Assembly (NCBI GenBank): GCA_018673485.1
Contig: JABHCP010000015.1
Coordinates: 25,529-89,528 of the forward strand
Reading direction: 5' to 3'
From: Candidatus Uhrbacteria bacterium
GTDB taxonomy: Bacteria > Patescibacteriota > Patescibacteriia > UBA9934
DNA length: 64,000 nucleotides
Made by a program: the position numbers and the translations under genes. Shown in pieces: positions 49,425-59,023 of the stretch. The notes under the pieces are model-generated. The model saw only the letters and a list, made by a program, of their open reading frames with translations, searched no databases and had not been told where the DNA came from. Numbering within the stretch: position 1 is the stretch's first letter; each line of letters opens with the position of its first letter.

Positions 49425-51398
49425 TTAAAAAATCGATAAGGTAAAAACGTCTTGTGTGAATGCGATGATTTCAGCGATGCCGTCGCCATCAAGGTCGGCC
49501 GTTGAGACTTCGGCGCCAAGGCCGTCGTATGTGTCAAAAGCCCAGAATGAATCCATTACTTCCTCACCCTCGTTGTTGAAGGCTTTTATTTCTGGCGCGC
49601 CTCCAAGTCCTGGACCAGTAATTATTTCATCTATTCCGTCGCCATTAATATCACCAGCGGCAACATTCACACCTCCACGGAAGTCTGGGTCATACGCAAA
49701 GAATCCAGGATTAATTAATGCACCGTCTTTATTGAACATTCGAACATGTGGTCCACCCTCTGTTCCGGCTCCACAGATGATTTCATACCAGCCATCGCCA
49801 TTTAAATCACCAATTGAAACATTAACACCTCCTCGATAAACTTCGTCGTATGCAAAGAAGCCAGGATTAATTAACACGCCGTCTGAGTTGAATATTCTGA
49901 CGTGTGCACCTCCACCGTCTTCAGTACCAGTTACAATCTCCACCGTTCCGTCACTTTCCAGGTCTCCAACTGAAATATTTATTCCGCCAGTATAATTTTG
50001 AGTGTAAGGATAAAAGCTAGCATGCAAGCTACCATCGTTGTTGTAGATAAATACTTGGTTGATGTCAGCTACTACCGTTTCACTAAGACCGTCGGCATTA
50101 ATGTCCGAGGTAACAACCTGAACACCACCGATGTAATCCTCATTATAGGAGAAGAATCCGGTTCTGTATGTTTCACCACCACCGTTGAATACTCTGGCAA
50201 AGGCACCATTTAAAAATACGCCCCCAATAATTTCATCAAGAGGCCTGACGAGGATTGCTCCGTCTTCTGATTCAAGTGTGATTCTGGAGATGATTGATCC
50301 ATCGTTAAAATCTGAATCTTGAGTTCCGTGCAGTTTTTCAAAATCACCATTAAGTTTTATGGTTTGCTCAGAACTTGTTGAGTTAACGATTACTTTTCCA
50401 TTTGTGAATTCTCGACTCCAAACTCCATCGTCTTCTTGTGCCCCCTCCTTAGCGGATCCGATATATGCGTCGTATTCGTCATACCACCAAAGCTGAGCGT
50501 GTGACTGGGTGCCATGGTCAAAGCCGAAAAATCCTTCACCTAAAAGTGTGCTTGATAACCCAAATCTAACTTTTTGATAGTCATCACTGTTACCCGTGTT
50601 GTTTGTGTCACTGTTTAGAATGATGACCGGGTCGTATGAGACTGTGTTACCTAAAGCTAAGTAGTTACCAATATTTGTTCCCCAGGAGCCATCTTCTTCC
50701 CACGGAGTAGGGAAGCTCTCAAACATACGACCATTCACATATGGAGCATAGTCTAAGTTTGAGCTTCCATTAGAAATGATGATTTTTTCAGACCCAATTA
50801 AAGATCTAGTTGTTGAAAAAAGATCTGCATAGGCATTGCGCCAAGAGCCATCAATGTCAGATGAGCCATTTGCAAGATCTAGATCACCAACCCAGCTAAT
50901 TGAGTCATTAACTTCATCGTAAAAAACACCATCCCAATAGTCATTATATAAAACCTCGTATGCTACAAATTCGGCTAGATAATCTCCCCAACCAGATGTG
51001 AGGTCGAGTGCTTGCGTGCCTGGCCATATGGAAACATCTGATCCATTGGTTTCATTGAGCCAATAAGGGTCTTGGATTCCGCTGTAAAGTTCGCGGTGAA
51101 GTTTGTCTTGCCAAATGTCGTTCCAACTCACAGTTGGTATGTAGGCGAGAATTTTTATGTCTGGATTGAGGTCGCGAATTTCATCTGAGAAGTTGGGATT
51201 GTACACCTGTGCTTCTGACGGTATAACGATGAGATCGTATTTTGAGAGTGATTCAAGTGTTTGGTTGTCATCAAGTGTTGTTCCAGAGAGCAAAAAATAA
51301 TTCGCCGTTTTAATGGCGTTCTGGTCTTGCGTGAAAACTGCTGCCAGGGGAACTAGCAGAAGGATTAGAAGTGCGATTGTAAGAAATGATTTTTTCAC
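49425..51398 (-). CDS. Secreted putative glycoside hydrolase (GHL15-like TIM barrel) with FG-GAP repeats
   Basis: Signal peptide; WDGVFYD, NGRMFE, WYDEY, W-x-REF-x-x-G-x-V-x-VN; repeated GD-x-(N/D)GDG-x-x-EI and GGPHVR. Confidence 0.8.
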   Translation of the reverse strand: MKKSFLTIALLILLLVPLAAVFTQDQNAIKTANYFLLSGTTLDDNQTLESLSKYDLIVIPSEAQVYNPNFSDEIRDLNPDIKILAYIPTVSWNDIWQDKLHRELYSGIQDPYWLNETNGSDVSIWPGTQALDLTSGWGDYLAEFVAYEVLYNDYWDGVFYDEVNDSISWVGDLDLANGSSDIDGSWRNAYADLFSTTRSLIGSEKIIISNGSSNLDYAPYVNGRMFESFPTPWEEDGSWGTNIGNYLALGNTVSYDPVIILNSDTNNTGNSDDYQKVRFGLSSTLLGEGFFGFDHGTQSHAQLWWYDEYDAYIGSAKEGAQEDDGVWSREFTNGKVIVNSTSSEQTIKLNGDFEKLHGTQDSDFNDGSIISRITLESEDGAILVRPLDEIIGGVFLNGAFARVFNGGGETYRTGFFSYNEDYIGGVQVVTSDINADGLSETVVADINQVFIYNNDGSLHASFYPYTQNYTGGINISVGDLESDGTVEIVTGTEDGGGAHVRIFNSDGVLINPGFFAYDEVYRGGVNVSIGDLNGDGWYEIICGAGTEGGPHVRMFNKDGALINPGFFAYDPDFRGGVNVAAGDINGDGIDEIITGPGLGGAPEIKAFNNEGEEVMDSFWAFDTYDGLGAEVSTADLDGDGIAEIIAFTQDVFTLSIF

Positions 51399-51529
51399 AA
51401 GTGTACTGGGTGGATGTTCAGATTTGGATATGATGCAAGGAAGGATTAAGGTTATGCCCGAGGCGTACTAGAGTGTACGGTGAGGGCAAAATGAAGATCC
51501 TGACAACGCAGCATACCAAATGTGGACAT

Positions 51530-51802
51530 CTACTCCTCTATTGTATCAGGGTTAGGTGAATAAAGCGTATTCTTTATCCTCCATTTTTCTACAAATTGTC
51601 CAATGCCTGCTTTGTCGCGTTTGTTGCGAACAGTGGTGCTGGTCTGTGACCATTTAAGTAAAGATTCGAATTGGATCTTATATCTGCCGTGAACCACAAT
51701 ATAGCTTACTTCGCCATTGGTGATGGCTCGGCGCACAGTGCGTGTGCTGACTCCAAAGAGCTTTGCAGCTTCTGATACAGATAGACGAACATTTGATTTC
51801 AT
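51530..51802 (-). CDS. Excisionase-like (HTH_17) DNA-binding protein
   Basis: LSVSEAAKLFGVSTRTVRRAI...GRYKI. Confidence 0.85.
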   Translation of the reverse strand: MKSNVRLSVSEAAKLFGVSTRTVRRAITNGEVSYIVVHGRYKIQFESLLKWSQTSTTVRNKRDKAGIGQFVEKWRIKNTLYSPNPDTIEE

Positions 51803-51948
51803 AAAATAGTTGTATTTGTCAACGCTAGTGTAGCCAAAAAGCCTGATTTTGTCAATTTATACTTGATCTTTTGTGCTAAAAATGCTATATTTCTTAGCCT
51901 TTTTGGGAATGTGTAACAAAAAAGGAGAATTTTCGACTAATTATACGA

Positions 51949-52473
51949 ATGCGTCGACGAAGCAAATTCTTACTGTTCCGAGTTTATAAATATAGAGATA
52001 CAGGAGCCTACGGGGAACTGTACGATTTTTATATTTCTAGAATTCGACGTTTTATTACATTCCGCGTGTCTCGTCCTGAGGATGCCGAAGAGCTTGCAGC
52101 TGAGGTGTTCTTGCGAGGATGGGAGTATGCAACCTCAAGCATTGTCAAAAACCCGGGAGCTTTATTCTATAAGATAGCGCGAAATATAGTAGCTGATCAC
52201 TATCGACAAAGAAAGCTGGAAATGGGTATAGATGAAGCGCCCGAGATCGCTGATCCGCTGGAGCTTGAAGAAAGCATTTCAAGCAAGCAAGAGCAGCAGG
52301 AGCTTATAGGTCACCTCAAATTGTTAAAAGAAGAATATAGAGATGTGCTGGTGATGAGGTACTTAGATGAGATGAATATCGCAGAGATTGCAGAAGCGCT
52401 GGAGAAAACCTCAGGAACTGTCAGGGTCACGCTGCACAGAGCGAAGAAAGCTTTACAAAAACATACAAAATAA
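51949..52473 (+). CDS. ECF RNA polymerase sigma factor
   Basis: DAEEL...F, YKIARN...DHYR, region 4 EIAEAL...TVRVTLHRA. Confidence 0.93.
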   Translation: MRRRSKFLLFRVYKYRDTGAYGELYDFYISRIRRFITFRVSRPEDAEELAAEVFLRGWEYATSSIVKNPGALFYKIARNIVADHYRQRKLEMGIDEAPEIADPLELEESISSKQEQQELIGHLKLLKEEYRDVLVMRYLDEMNIAEIAEALEKTSGTVRVTLHRAKKALQKHTK

Positions 52474-52474
52474 T

Positions 52475-53632
52475 ATGAGTCGCGAAATTATCGCACAATT
52501 GAAGGAGCTCAAGAACCACGCAGATACTGGGTGGGTGAATGATGTTGCTCAAGATGACTCTCGTGATGTGCTCATGAAGGCAATCGGTCACAATGAGGAT
52601 CGAGTTGTTTTGGATGCACAAGGCGCTTATATAAGATGGAATTTGGTTCAAACTGCCGTGCGCCCTGTGGGAGTAGGAATGTTGATGCTTATGTTCGTTT
52701 TTGGTGGTTGGTTTACAAGTGCTAAGGCAGCAGCGAACAGTCTGCCTGGTGACACTTTGTATGGAGTCAAGATAGCTACTGAGCAAGTTCAACTGTTTAT
52801 AACTTCAGATGATAATAAAGCTGTGCTTCACACACAATTTGCACAACGTAGATTATCAGAGGTTCAGGCACTGCAAACTTCCGATGATGAGCTTGCTGAT
52901 CAATATTTAGTTGAGACTGTACATGCGCTTGAGGCAGAAATGATTAAAGCTGGAGATGCATTGGCTCAGATGAAAATGGGCGGAGATGCGGCTACACTCA
53001 CGGTAGCGAGCATTCTAGATGAAAAGATTGGTTCAATTAACGCTGAGTTGGATTTGGTAAGCGGTCAAGATGAAGTGGTAGACGCAGCGCAAGATGCTGC
53101 AGATCAAGTTGCAGAAAGCGCAGTGGATACAATAGTAGAGTCACATGAGGTAGAAGAGACCCAGGAGTCTGCAACGGCAGTAGATCGATCATTTAAAAAT
53201 GAATACACATCACTTCGATCGCGACAGGAGTTTAACCTGGGACGTGTTGCCACTATCAGGTTGGTAGTTACAGAAAATGCTTTGGGGGGAATTATTACAG
53301 AAGATGAGCTTTTGCACATGGAGTTCATCGTTGAAGATGCAACTGATGAAGTTGGGCGTGCTATGGGCCTTGCGGCAGCCGGTGGATATAGAGCAGCGTT
53401 CGAGATTCTCAGAGAAGCAGATGTGACATTGTTAGGTATTGAGGCTCAACTAGTAGAGATCGAGTCAGCGATTATGGCAGTAATGAGTTCCGATTCGTCT
53501 ACTGAGGTTCCAGTGGATGAGGATATGCCTGCAGAGGTCAGCGACAACGATACTGACGACGATAGTGCTGCAGAGGAGCTTCAAAGTGATCCGGTTGCTC
53601 AAGAGATTGACGCTACAATTGATCCCCAATAA
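52475..53632 (+). CDS. DUF5667 membrane protein, putative anti-sigma factor
   Basis: TM helix then SLPGDTLY-x-VK-x-x-x-E and A-x-RRL-x-E; starts 1 nt after the sigma stop. Confidence 0.8.
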   Translation: MSREIIAQLKELKNHADTGWVNDVAQDDSRDVLMKAIGHNEDRVVLDAQGAYIRWNLVQTAVRPVGVGMLMLMFVFGGWFTSAKAAANSLPGDTLYGVKIATEQVQLFITSDDNKAVLHTQFAQRRLSEVQALQTSDDELADQYLVETVHALEAEMIKAGDALAQMKMGGDAATLTVASILDEKIGSINAELDLVSGQDEVVDAAQDAADQVAESAVDTIVESHEVEETQESATAVDRSFKNEYTSLRSRQEFNLGRVATIRLVVTENALGGIITEDELLHMEFIVEDATDEVGRAMGLAAAGGYRAAFEILREADVTLLGIEAQLVEIESAIMAVMSSDSSTEVPVDEDMPAEVSDNDTDDDSAAEELQSDPVAQEIDATIDPQ

Positions 53633-53666
53633 TAACGATTCTATCTGGATGTGATCAAGACCCAGG

Positions 53667-53700
53667 TCCCCCTTCCCAAGGGGGACGACAGGGGGTTGCC
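53667..53700. repeat. Family B element
   Basis: tcccccttcccaagggggacgacagggggttgcc. Confidence 0.75.
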
Positions 53701-53711
53701 ATTGGTCGCAT

Positions 53712-53853
53712 TCGATAGAAACGTCTATACGTTTCTATCCCACTTGGTTCTTAGGAGCCTTGCGGGGCCTTAAATAAGGTTCAACCCTGAGATATCGCCC
53801 GAAAGGTCGAGGGCGCATGCCCAGTGATATCTCCTACTATTAAATAGAAAGGA
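53712..53853 (+). promoter_or_regulatory. Structured 5' leader of the S-layer-like gene
   Basis: Hairpin GATAGAAACGT/ACGTTTCTATC; junction closed by GAGATATC/GATATCTC; SD GAAAGGA. Confidence 0.55.
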
Positions 53854-53863
53854 CTAATTGATT

Positions 53864-56800
53864 ATGCAAAAAGCATTACAAAATCGAGTATTCGCAGTCG
53901 TTACAATCGCTGCAATGTTGCTCGGTTCCTTGAGCGCAGTTCTCGTGCCATCTACAGCTTCAGCTGCTGGTGCAGGAGATCTGATCAAGAACGAGTCTCT
54001 CTCAACGGTGTATTACTACGCTCCAGATGGAACGCGGTTTATATTCCCTAACGAGAAGACTTACATGACTTGGTATCAGGACTTTGACGAGGTAGAGACT
54101 ATCTCTGACAGCGACCTAGCTGATATCGCAATGGGTGGAAACATCGTTTACCGCCCAGGAACAAGCTGGATTAAGATCCAGTCAAACCCTAAGGTTTACG
54201 CAGTAGCTACTGATGGAACAATCCACTGGATTGAGACAGAAGACGTTGCTGTTGATTACGCTGGAGCAGACTGGGCAGAATATGTTCAGGACGTACCAGA
54301 CGTATTTTTCCCAGATTACGATTCAGGAACATCTCTAACTGCAGCAACCGCATATGACGGACTGATGTACATGGATGGATCTGATTATTACATTTCATGG
54401 GGTGGCGAAAAGTTGCTAGTAAGCGACCTTGACGCTAACAACATGGTAGAAGACTTCTACCTAGCTGGAGAAGGGATCGATGACAGCGCACTAACTGCTG
54501 GTGATGAAGTCACTGGTGAGGACGCAGCTATCGTTGATGCTTCACAACAGGGTGGAGTAGAAGCAACTGAGGTTACAGGTGGAGATGTTGATTTCTCACT
54601 TTCATCTTCAAACCCAGCAGGAACTTCAGTTCCTACAAACGCTAACACTGTTGAAGTTTTGAGCTTTGACATCGAAGCAGGTGACGAGGCAACTGAGGTT
54701 GACCAAGTTGCTGTTAAGATGGTTGGTCTTTCATCAACAACAGATGTTACAAATGTTTACCTTTACGAAGGTTCAACACGATTGACTGAAGCTCGTTCGG
54801 TTAATTCATCAACTCGAAAAGCAACTTTTGGAAGCCTTAATCTAGCACTTGACGCAGGTGAAACACGAACAATTACTGTTCGCGTTACTATCGATGCTTC
54901 AGCTGGAGATGAGCTACAATTTGCTGTTTACGAGGTAGATGATGTAACTGCAGACGGAGACGTTTCAGGAAGCTTCCCACTTGAAGGAAATACTTTTGAG
55001 GTATCGGGAACAACAATCGGAACAGTTACTATTATTGATACAGGTTCAGTAAGCAACCCTTCATTGGGTGCAAATGATGCAGAAATTGGATCATTCAAGG
55101 TTACAACTGCTACTGAGGCTGGAAACGTACAGTCATTGACATTGAAGATCGCAAACGCTGACGATCACGATGACTACCGAATGTTAGCTGATGACGAAGA
55201 AGTAGCAACAGGTGAGTACATTGGTGACAAGCTTGTTGTATTCGACTTCGATGAGGATTACGAAATCAGCAAGGGTGGAAGCGAAATCTTCACAGTTACA
55301 GCTGATATTGGTGGAGATGCTGCTGACACAATCACTATGTACATGGATAACGCCATTGACGTCATGGTAGAAGGTGCTGAGTATGGCTTTGCTATGGCAG
55401 CAACTATTACCGGTTACGATCAAGGTACATGTACAACTGACGGAGATGAGTGTAACTACTCAACAATCCAGGGTGGAGAAGTAACATTTGACACTTATGG
55501 ACCAACTGCAGGTGATATCCGAACTAACAGTCAGGATCAGACCTTGCTCGAGTTCACACTTACATCAATGCAGGACATTACTGTTAAAGATCTAGACATT
55601 GTTATCGTAGCTAATGATGAAGAAGAGCTAACTAGCACTGATCCATTTAATGAGGTGGATGACGAAGATAGTGATGGAGCTGATGACGCTGGAGTACAAG
55701 ACGCAACTGGAGATGACGATGGACTTGTAAACACAGACGGAGAAGCAAACATTACTGACATCCGAATCGTTAACGCAGACACAGGCGATACTCTTATGGG
55801 GCCGCTTGAGCTTGATTCATTGGTCGCAGCAGCAGATGATGCTGGTCAAATTATTGATTTCACAGACGACTTTGATATGGATGCAGGTGAAACGTTGACT
55901 CTAGCAGTTGTGGTTGACGTTGATGACACAATTACATCTGGAACAGAAATTGGAGCTATCATTGATATCTCTGGATTCGTTGCAGAAGATGTAAATGGAG
56001 ACACTCTTACAAACTCAACAGACGTTGTTCCAACATCTGATATGTATGAGGGTGCTCAAAAGGCTACTTCCGCTTCATTGACAATTGCACTTTCTACTGT
56101 TCCTGGTGATGTAACAACTATCCACGGAATGGAAGATGTAGGTGTTGGTAAGTTCAACATTACCGGTGGAGACGCAGGTCAGGTTGATATCTCAAGCATC
56201 ACAATGGATGTTTACCTTCACGATGATGATGTAGATGGTTCTGATGATGACTTCTCACAGGCTGGAAACTGTTCAGCCGCTGAGTGTGCTGTAATCGCTG
56301 CTATTGTAACCGTTACAGACTATCTAGAATCATGTTCTATCTATGACATTGACGGAAACTTGCTTGACGGTCCTAAGTCACCATCATCTAGCGGATCATT
56401 GCTAGTATTTGATGACGTTGACTGGACAATTGAATCCGGTGAGTCTGAGGTTTTGGATCTTCACTGTGATTTCTCAAACCCAGTTCTTTCCACAACAGTA
56501 TATTTTGCATTCGACATTGACGATATGTCAGAGTTGGTTATTGCAGAGGACCAGGATGGAACAGATGTTGACCCAACAACTGATTCACCAAACGGTGATT
56601 ACTCAACGCCAACAAACGTTGTAACGCTTGCTGCTTCTGGATCAATCGCAATTACTGCAGATTCAAGCATGCCTAGTGCTGATATCTTGCTAACAGGAAC
56701 AACAGACAACCATGTTGCTTCTTACAACATTGCTGCTACAAATGAGGACTTTGAAGTTACAATTCTAACCTTCCATGAGGAGCAGTCTGAGGATGACACC

Positions 56801-58072
56801 GGAACTGCCGATGATTCAGGTTATACAAATAACATTAGTTTGGTAACTCTTGAATATCCAATTGAAGACGGAACGACAGAGACAGCTACTGCAACAATGT
56901 CTGGAAACGCAGCTAAGTTCACTTTGAGCTCAGCGCCATTGTATGTAAGTACAGAAGACGACGTTACCATTGATGTATATGTCGATGTACCAGCTACTGA
57001 TCGTACTGCCGGAGGTTCTGCAACATCTAACGAAAAGATCCGAATGGGATTCTCTGATGCAGACAATTCTGGTACTGAAAACTTCAAAGCTGTTGGAGTT
57101 GGATCTGGTACAACATTAGGTGAGGACGCTACTGGTGTAGATGATGTTGGACATGACTACTATACAACTGACGGCGTTCCAACATTCGTTGTGCAAGAGA
57201 CAAAGCCAACAATTAGCTTGAGCTCTTCAAGCCCATCTGGAACTTCTATCCCTGGAGACATTGAGGTTTACCGCTTCAACGTATCTGCAGCGAGCAACGA
57301 GGATGCAGTCCTACGTGAGTTAGTATGGAAGTTCTCATCAACTGATAACGCTTCCTCTAGCTGGAACTTCTGTGATCAGGCTGGAGTAGGAGATGGAGAG
57401 ATTGCAGCGGCTGATATGGATCTATACGATCTAACAGATCTTGGAACAGCACTTGACGATGACGCTGAGTGGTCATTCCATGATTCTGCAACTGCAGCAA
57501 CTGCTGTGGCAGGTACTAGAGAGATCTGTACTGACAGCACAGACGTTGTTGATTACATCGCGCTAGCATTTAGCACTGATGCAGAAACAATCACAGTTCC
57601 TGCTGGAGAGACAAAGACATTTGCTCTTTACATGGACTTGACCGGAGCTTCAGCTACAAACGATGATTCAGTACAGCTAACACTTGCTAGCTCAACTGAT
57701 CTAACTTGGGTTGATGACGTTAATATCGCTGACGCAGCTCTTACAATCTCTGATACAACCATTACGGTTGGAGCAGACTCAACATTTGACGCTGGTGATC
57801 AGATTTGTTTCACAGGAGCAGACACAACATGTGATGCAGGTGAAGAAATCGCTCTTATCACTGTTAAGTCGACAAATGACATTACATTGGTACGTGGTTA
57901 TCTAGGCACCGACTTTATATTGCCAGTAACAACACAGAACCTTTCATACCGTGCAGATCCACTGTATTGGGAGGATGATGGTACTGCTGGTACTCTTGCA
58001 ACAGTAGCTGCTTCATGGGGTTCATACCTCGTAGACAGCCTACCTGTTACAGGTAACGCACTACAGTTCTAA
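53864..58072 (+). CDS. Large acidic secreted protein, probable major S-layer/surface protein
   Basis: Signal peptide ending ASA; N-terminal KIQS domain; serial beta-rich Asp/Thr-rich domains; C-terminal L-x-F; biased codon use; strong terminator. Confidence 0.75.
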   Translation: MQKALQNRVFAVVTIAAMLLGSLSAVLVPSTASAAGAGDLIKNESLSTVYYYAPDGTRFIFPNEKTYMTWYQDFDEVETISDSDLADIAMGGNIVYRPGTSWIKIQSNPKVYAVATDGTIHWIETEDVAVDYAGADWAEYVQDVPDVFFPDYDSGTSLTAATAYDGLMYMDGSDYYISWGGEKLLVSDLDANNMVEDFYLAGEGIDDSALTAGDEVTGEDAAIVDASQQGGVEATEVTGGDVDFSLSSSNPAGTSVPTNANTVEVLSFDIEAGDEATEVDQVAVKMVGLSSTTDVTNVYLYEGSTRLTEARSVNSSTRKATFGSLNLALDAGETRTITVRVTIDASAGDELQFAVYEVDDVTADGDVSGSFPLEGNTFEVSGTTIGTVTIIDTGSVSNPSLGANDAEIGSFKVTTATEAGNVQSLTLKIANADDHDDYRMLADDEEVATGEYIGDKLVVFDFDEDYEISKGGSEIFTVTADIGGDAADTITMYMDNAIDVMVEGAEYGFAMAATITGYDQGTCTTDGDECNYSTIQGGEVTFDTYGPTAGDIRTNSQDQTLLEFTLTSMQDITVKDLDIVIVANDEEELTSTDPFNEVDDEDSDGADDAGVQDATGDDDGLVNTDGEANITDIRIVNADTGDTLMGPLELDSLVAAADDAGQIIDFTDDFDMDAGETLTLAVVVDVDDTITSGTEIGAIIDISGFVAEDVNGDTLTNSTDVVPTSDMYEGAQKATSASLTIALSTVPGDVTTIHGMEDVGVGKFNITGGDAGQVDISSITMDVYLHDDDVDGSDDDFSQAGNCSAAECAVIAAIVTVTDYLESCSIYDIDGNLLDGPKSPSSSGSLLVFDDVDWTIESGESEVLDLHCDFSNPVLSTTVYFAFDIDDMSELVIAEDQDGTDVDPTTDSPNGDYSTPTNVVTLAASGSIAITADSSMPSADILLTGTTDNHVASYNIAATNEDFEVTILTFHEEQSEDDTGTADDSGYTNNISLVTLEYPIEDGTTETATATMSGNAAKFTLSSAPLYVSTEDDVTIDVYVDVPATDRTAGGSATSNEKIRMGFSDADNSGTENFKAVGVGSGTTLGEDATGVDDVGHDYYTTDGVPTFVVQETKPTISLSSSSPSGTSIPGDIEVYRFNVSAASNEDAVLRELVWKFSSTDNASSSWNFCDQAGVGDGEIAAADMDLYDLTDLGTALDDDAEWSFHDSATAATAVAGTREICTDSTDVVDYIALAFSTDAETITVPAGETKTFALYMDLTGASATNDDSVQLTLASSTDLTWVDDVNIADAALTISDTTITVGADSTFDAGDQICFTGADTTCDAGEEIALITVKSTNDITLVRGYLGTDFILPVTTQNLSYRADPLYWEDDGTAGTLATVAASWGSYLVDSLPVTGNALQF

Positions 58073-58139
58073 TCACTACTTAGTAGAATTAGAAATTCAC
58101 ATTCGAAGAACTTGTTGCTTCACAAGAACTTCGTAACCA

Positions 58140-58165
58140 CAAACCCCCGCGTAAGCGGGGGTTTT
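58140..58165 (+). terminator. Intrinsic terminator
   Basis: AAACCCCCGC-gtaa-GCGGGGGTTTT. Confidence 0.9.
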
Positions 58166-58233
58166 GGTGTCTTCTTAAATTCTTATTCTTTGTCGCTTCA
58201 AAGAAATGAGATCAGATAAGGGTCGAATCTCAA

Positions 58234-58289
58234 TCCCCCTCCTTTTCCTGCCTGCCGGCAGGCACGGCAAGGAGGGGTTAGGGGTGGTT
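58234..58289. repeat. Family B element carrying a nested TGCCTGCCGGCAGGCA palindrome
   Basis: tccccctcctt...tgcctgccggcaggca...aaggaggggttaggggtggtt. Confidence 0.75.
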
Positions 58290-58348
58290 ATTTGGTTGCC
58301 TCAAATTCCTAAATCAGCTAAAATGAAGCCATAATTAGTTTATATTTT

Positions 58349-59023
58349 ATGAAGAAAATTTCTTTAATTTTAGCTTTAATCGTTGTAGCTGTTGGTGCAT
58401 ATTTGCTTTTCCAAGCAACAAATCCATATTACGGACTTGTTACCGAGATTGAGGTTCAGTCAGACGAGGCCACTGTTGAGTACTTAGAGCAACAGCTTGA
58501 GCAGACTCTTGCCGCTATGGAAGCCGCGTATCAGTCAGGTGAAACTCCAGATTTGGATATGTTTTTAATTGCCGCAACGAATGCATATTATCTTGGCGAT
58601 TTAGCGCAAGCTCGTGAGATTTATGAAGAATACTTTGATTATAATTCCATCAACCCAGCATCTTGGAATACTTACGCGAATATTTTGTATAAAATGGAAG
58701 ATTGGGATAATGCAGAAGAAGCTTATCGCACAGCATTGGAGCTAAGCCCAATGGAGGAATTTTATATGGATTTGGTAAAAGTTATAGAAAAAGATTCAGA
58801 GCGTTATTTAGAAGTTGAAGAGCTGCTCAAAGAAGCGGTGGAGGTTCTTGGTCAGTCACGTTCACTTATGGTTGCACTGGCAAGTTGGTACGAGGAGACC
58901 GGAGATTGCGAACGTTCAATTGCGCATTATAGTGTCGCCAAAACACTTGCCGAATCAGATACCTTGGCTGACTCTGTGCAGGAGGATATAGATCGGGTAG
59001 AAGAAACTTGTGAACAAAAATAG
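58349..59023 (+). CDS. TPR-repeat exported protein
   Basis: N-terminal TM/signal; W-x-x-Y-A-x-x-L...A-x-x-x-Y-x-x-AL-x-L-x-P. Confidence 0.8.
   Translation: MKKISLILALIVVAVGAYLLFQATNPYYGLVTEIEVQSDEATVEYLEQQLEQTLAAMEAAYQSGETPDLDMFLIAATNAYYLGDLAQAREIYEEYFDYNSINPASWNTYANILYKMEDWDNAEEAYRTALELSPMEEFYMDLVKVIEKDSERYLEVEELLKEAVEVLGQSRSLMVALASWYEETGDCERSIAHYSVAKTLAESDTLADSVQEDIDRVEETCEQK

Noticed and set aside
51530-51802. Prophage or integrative element suggested by the excisionase-like HTH
   Set aside because: No integrase, att repeats or phage genes around it
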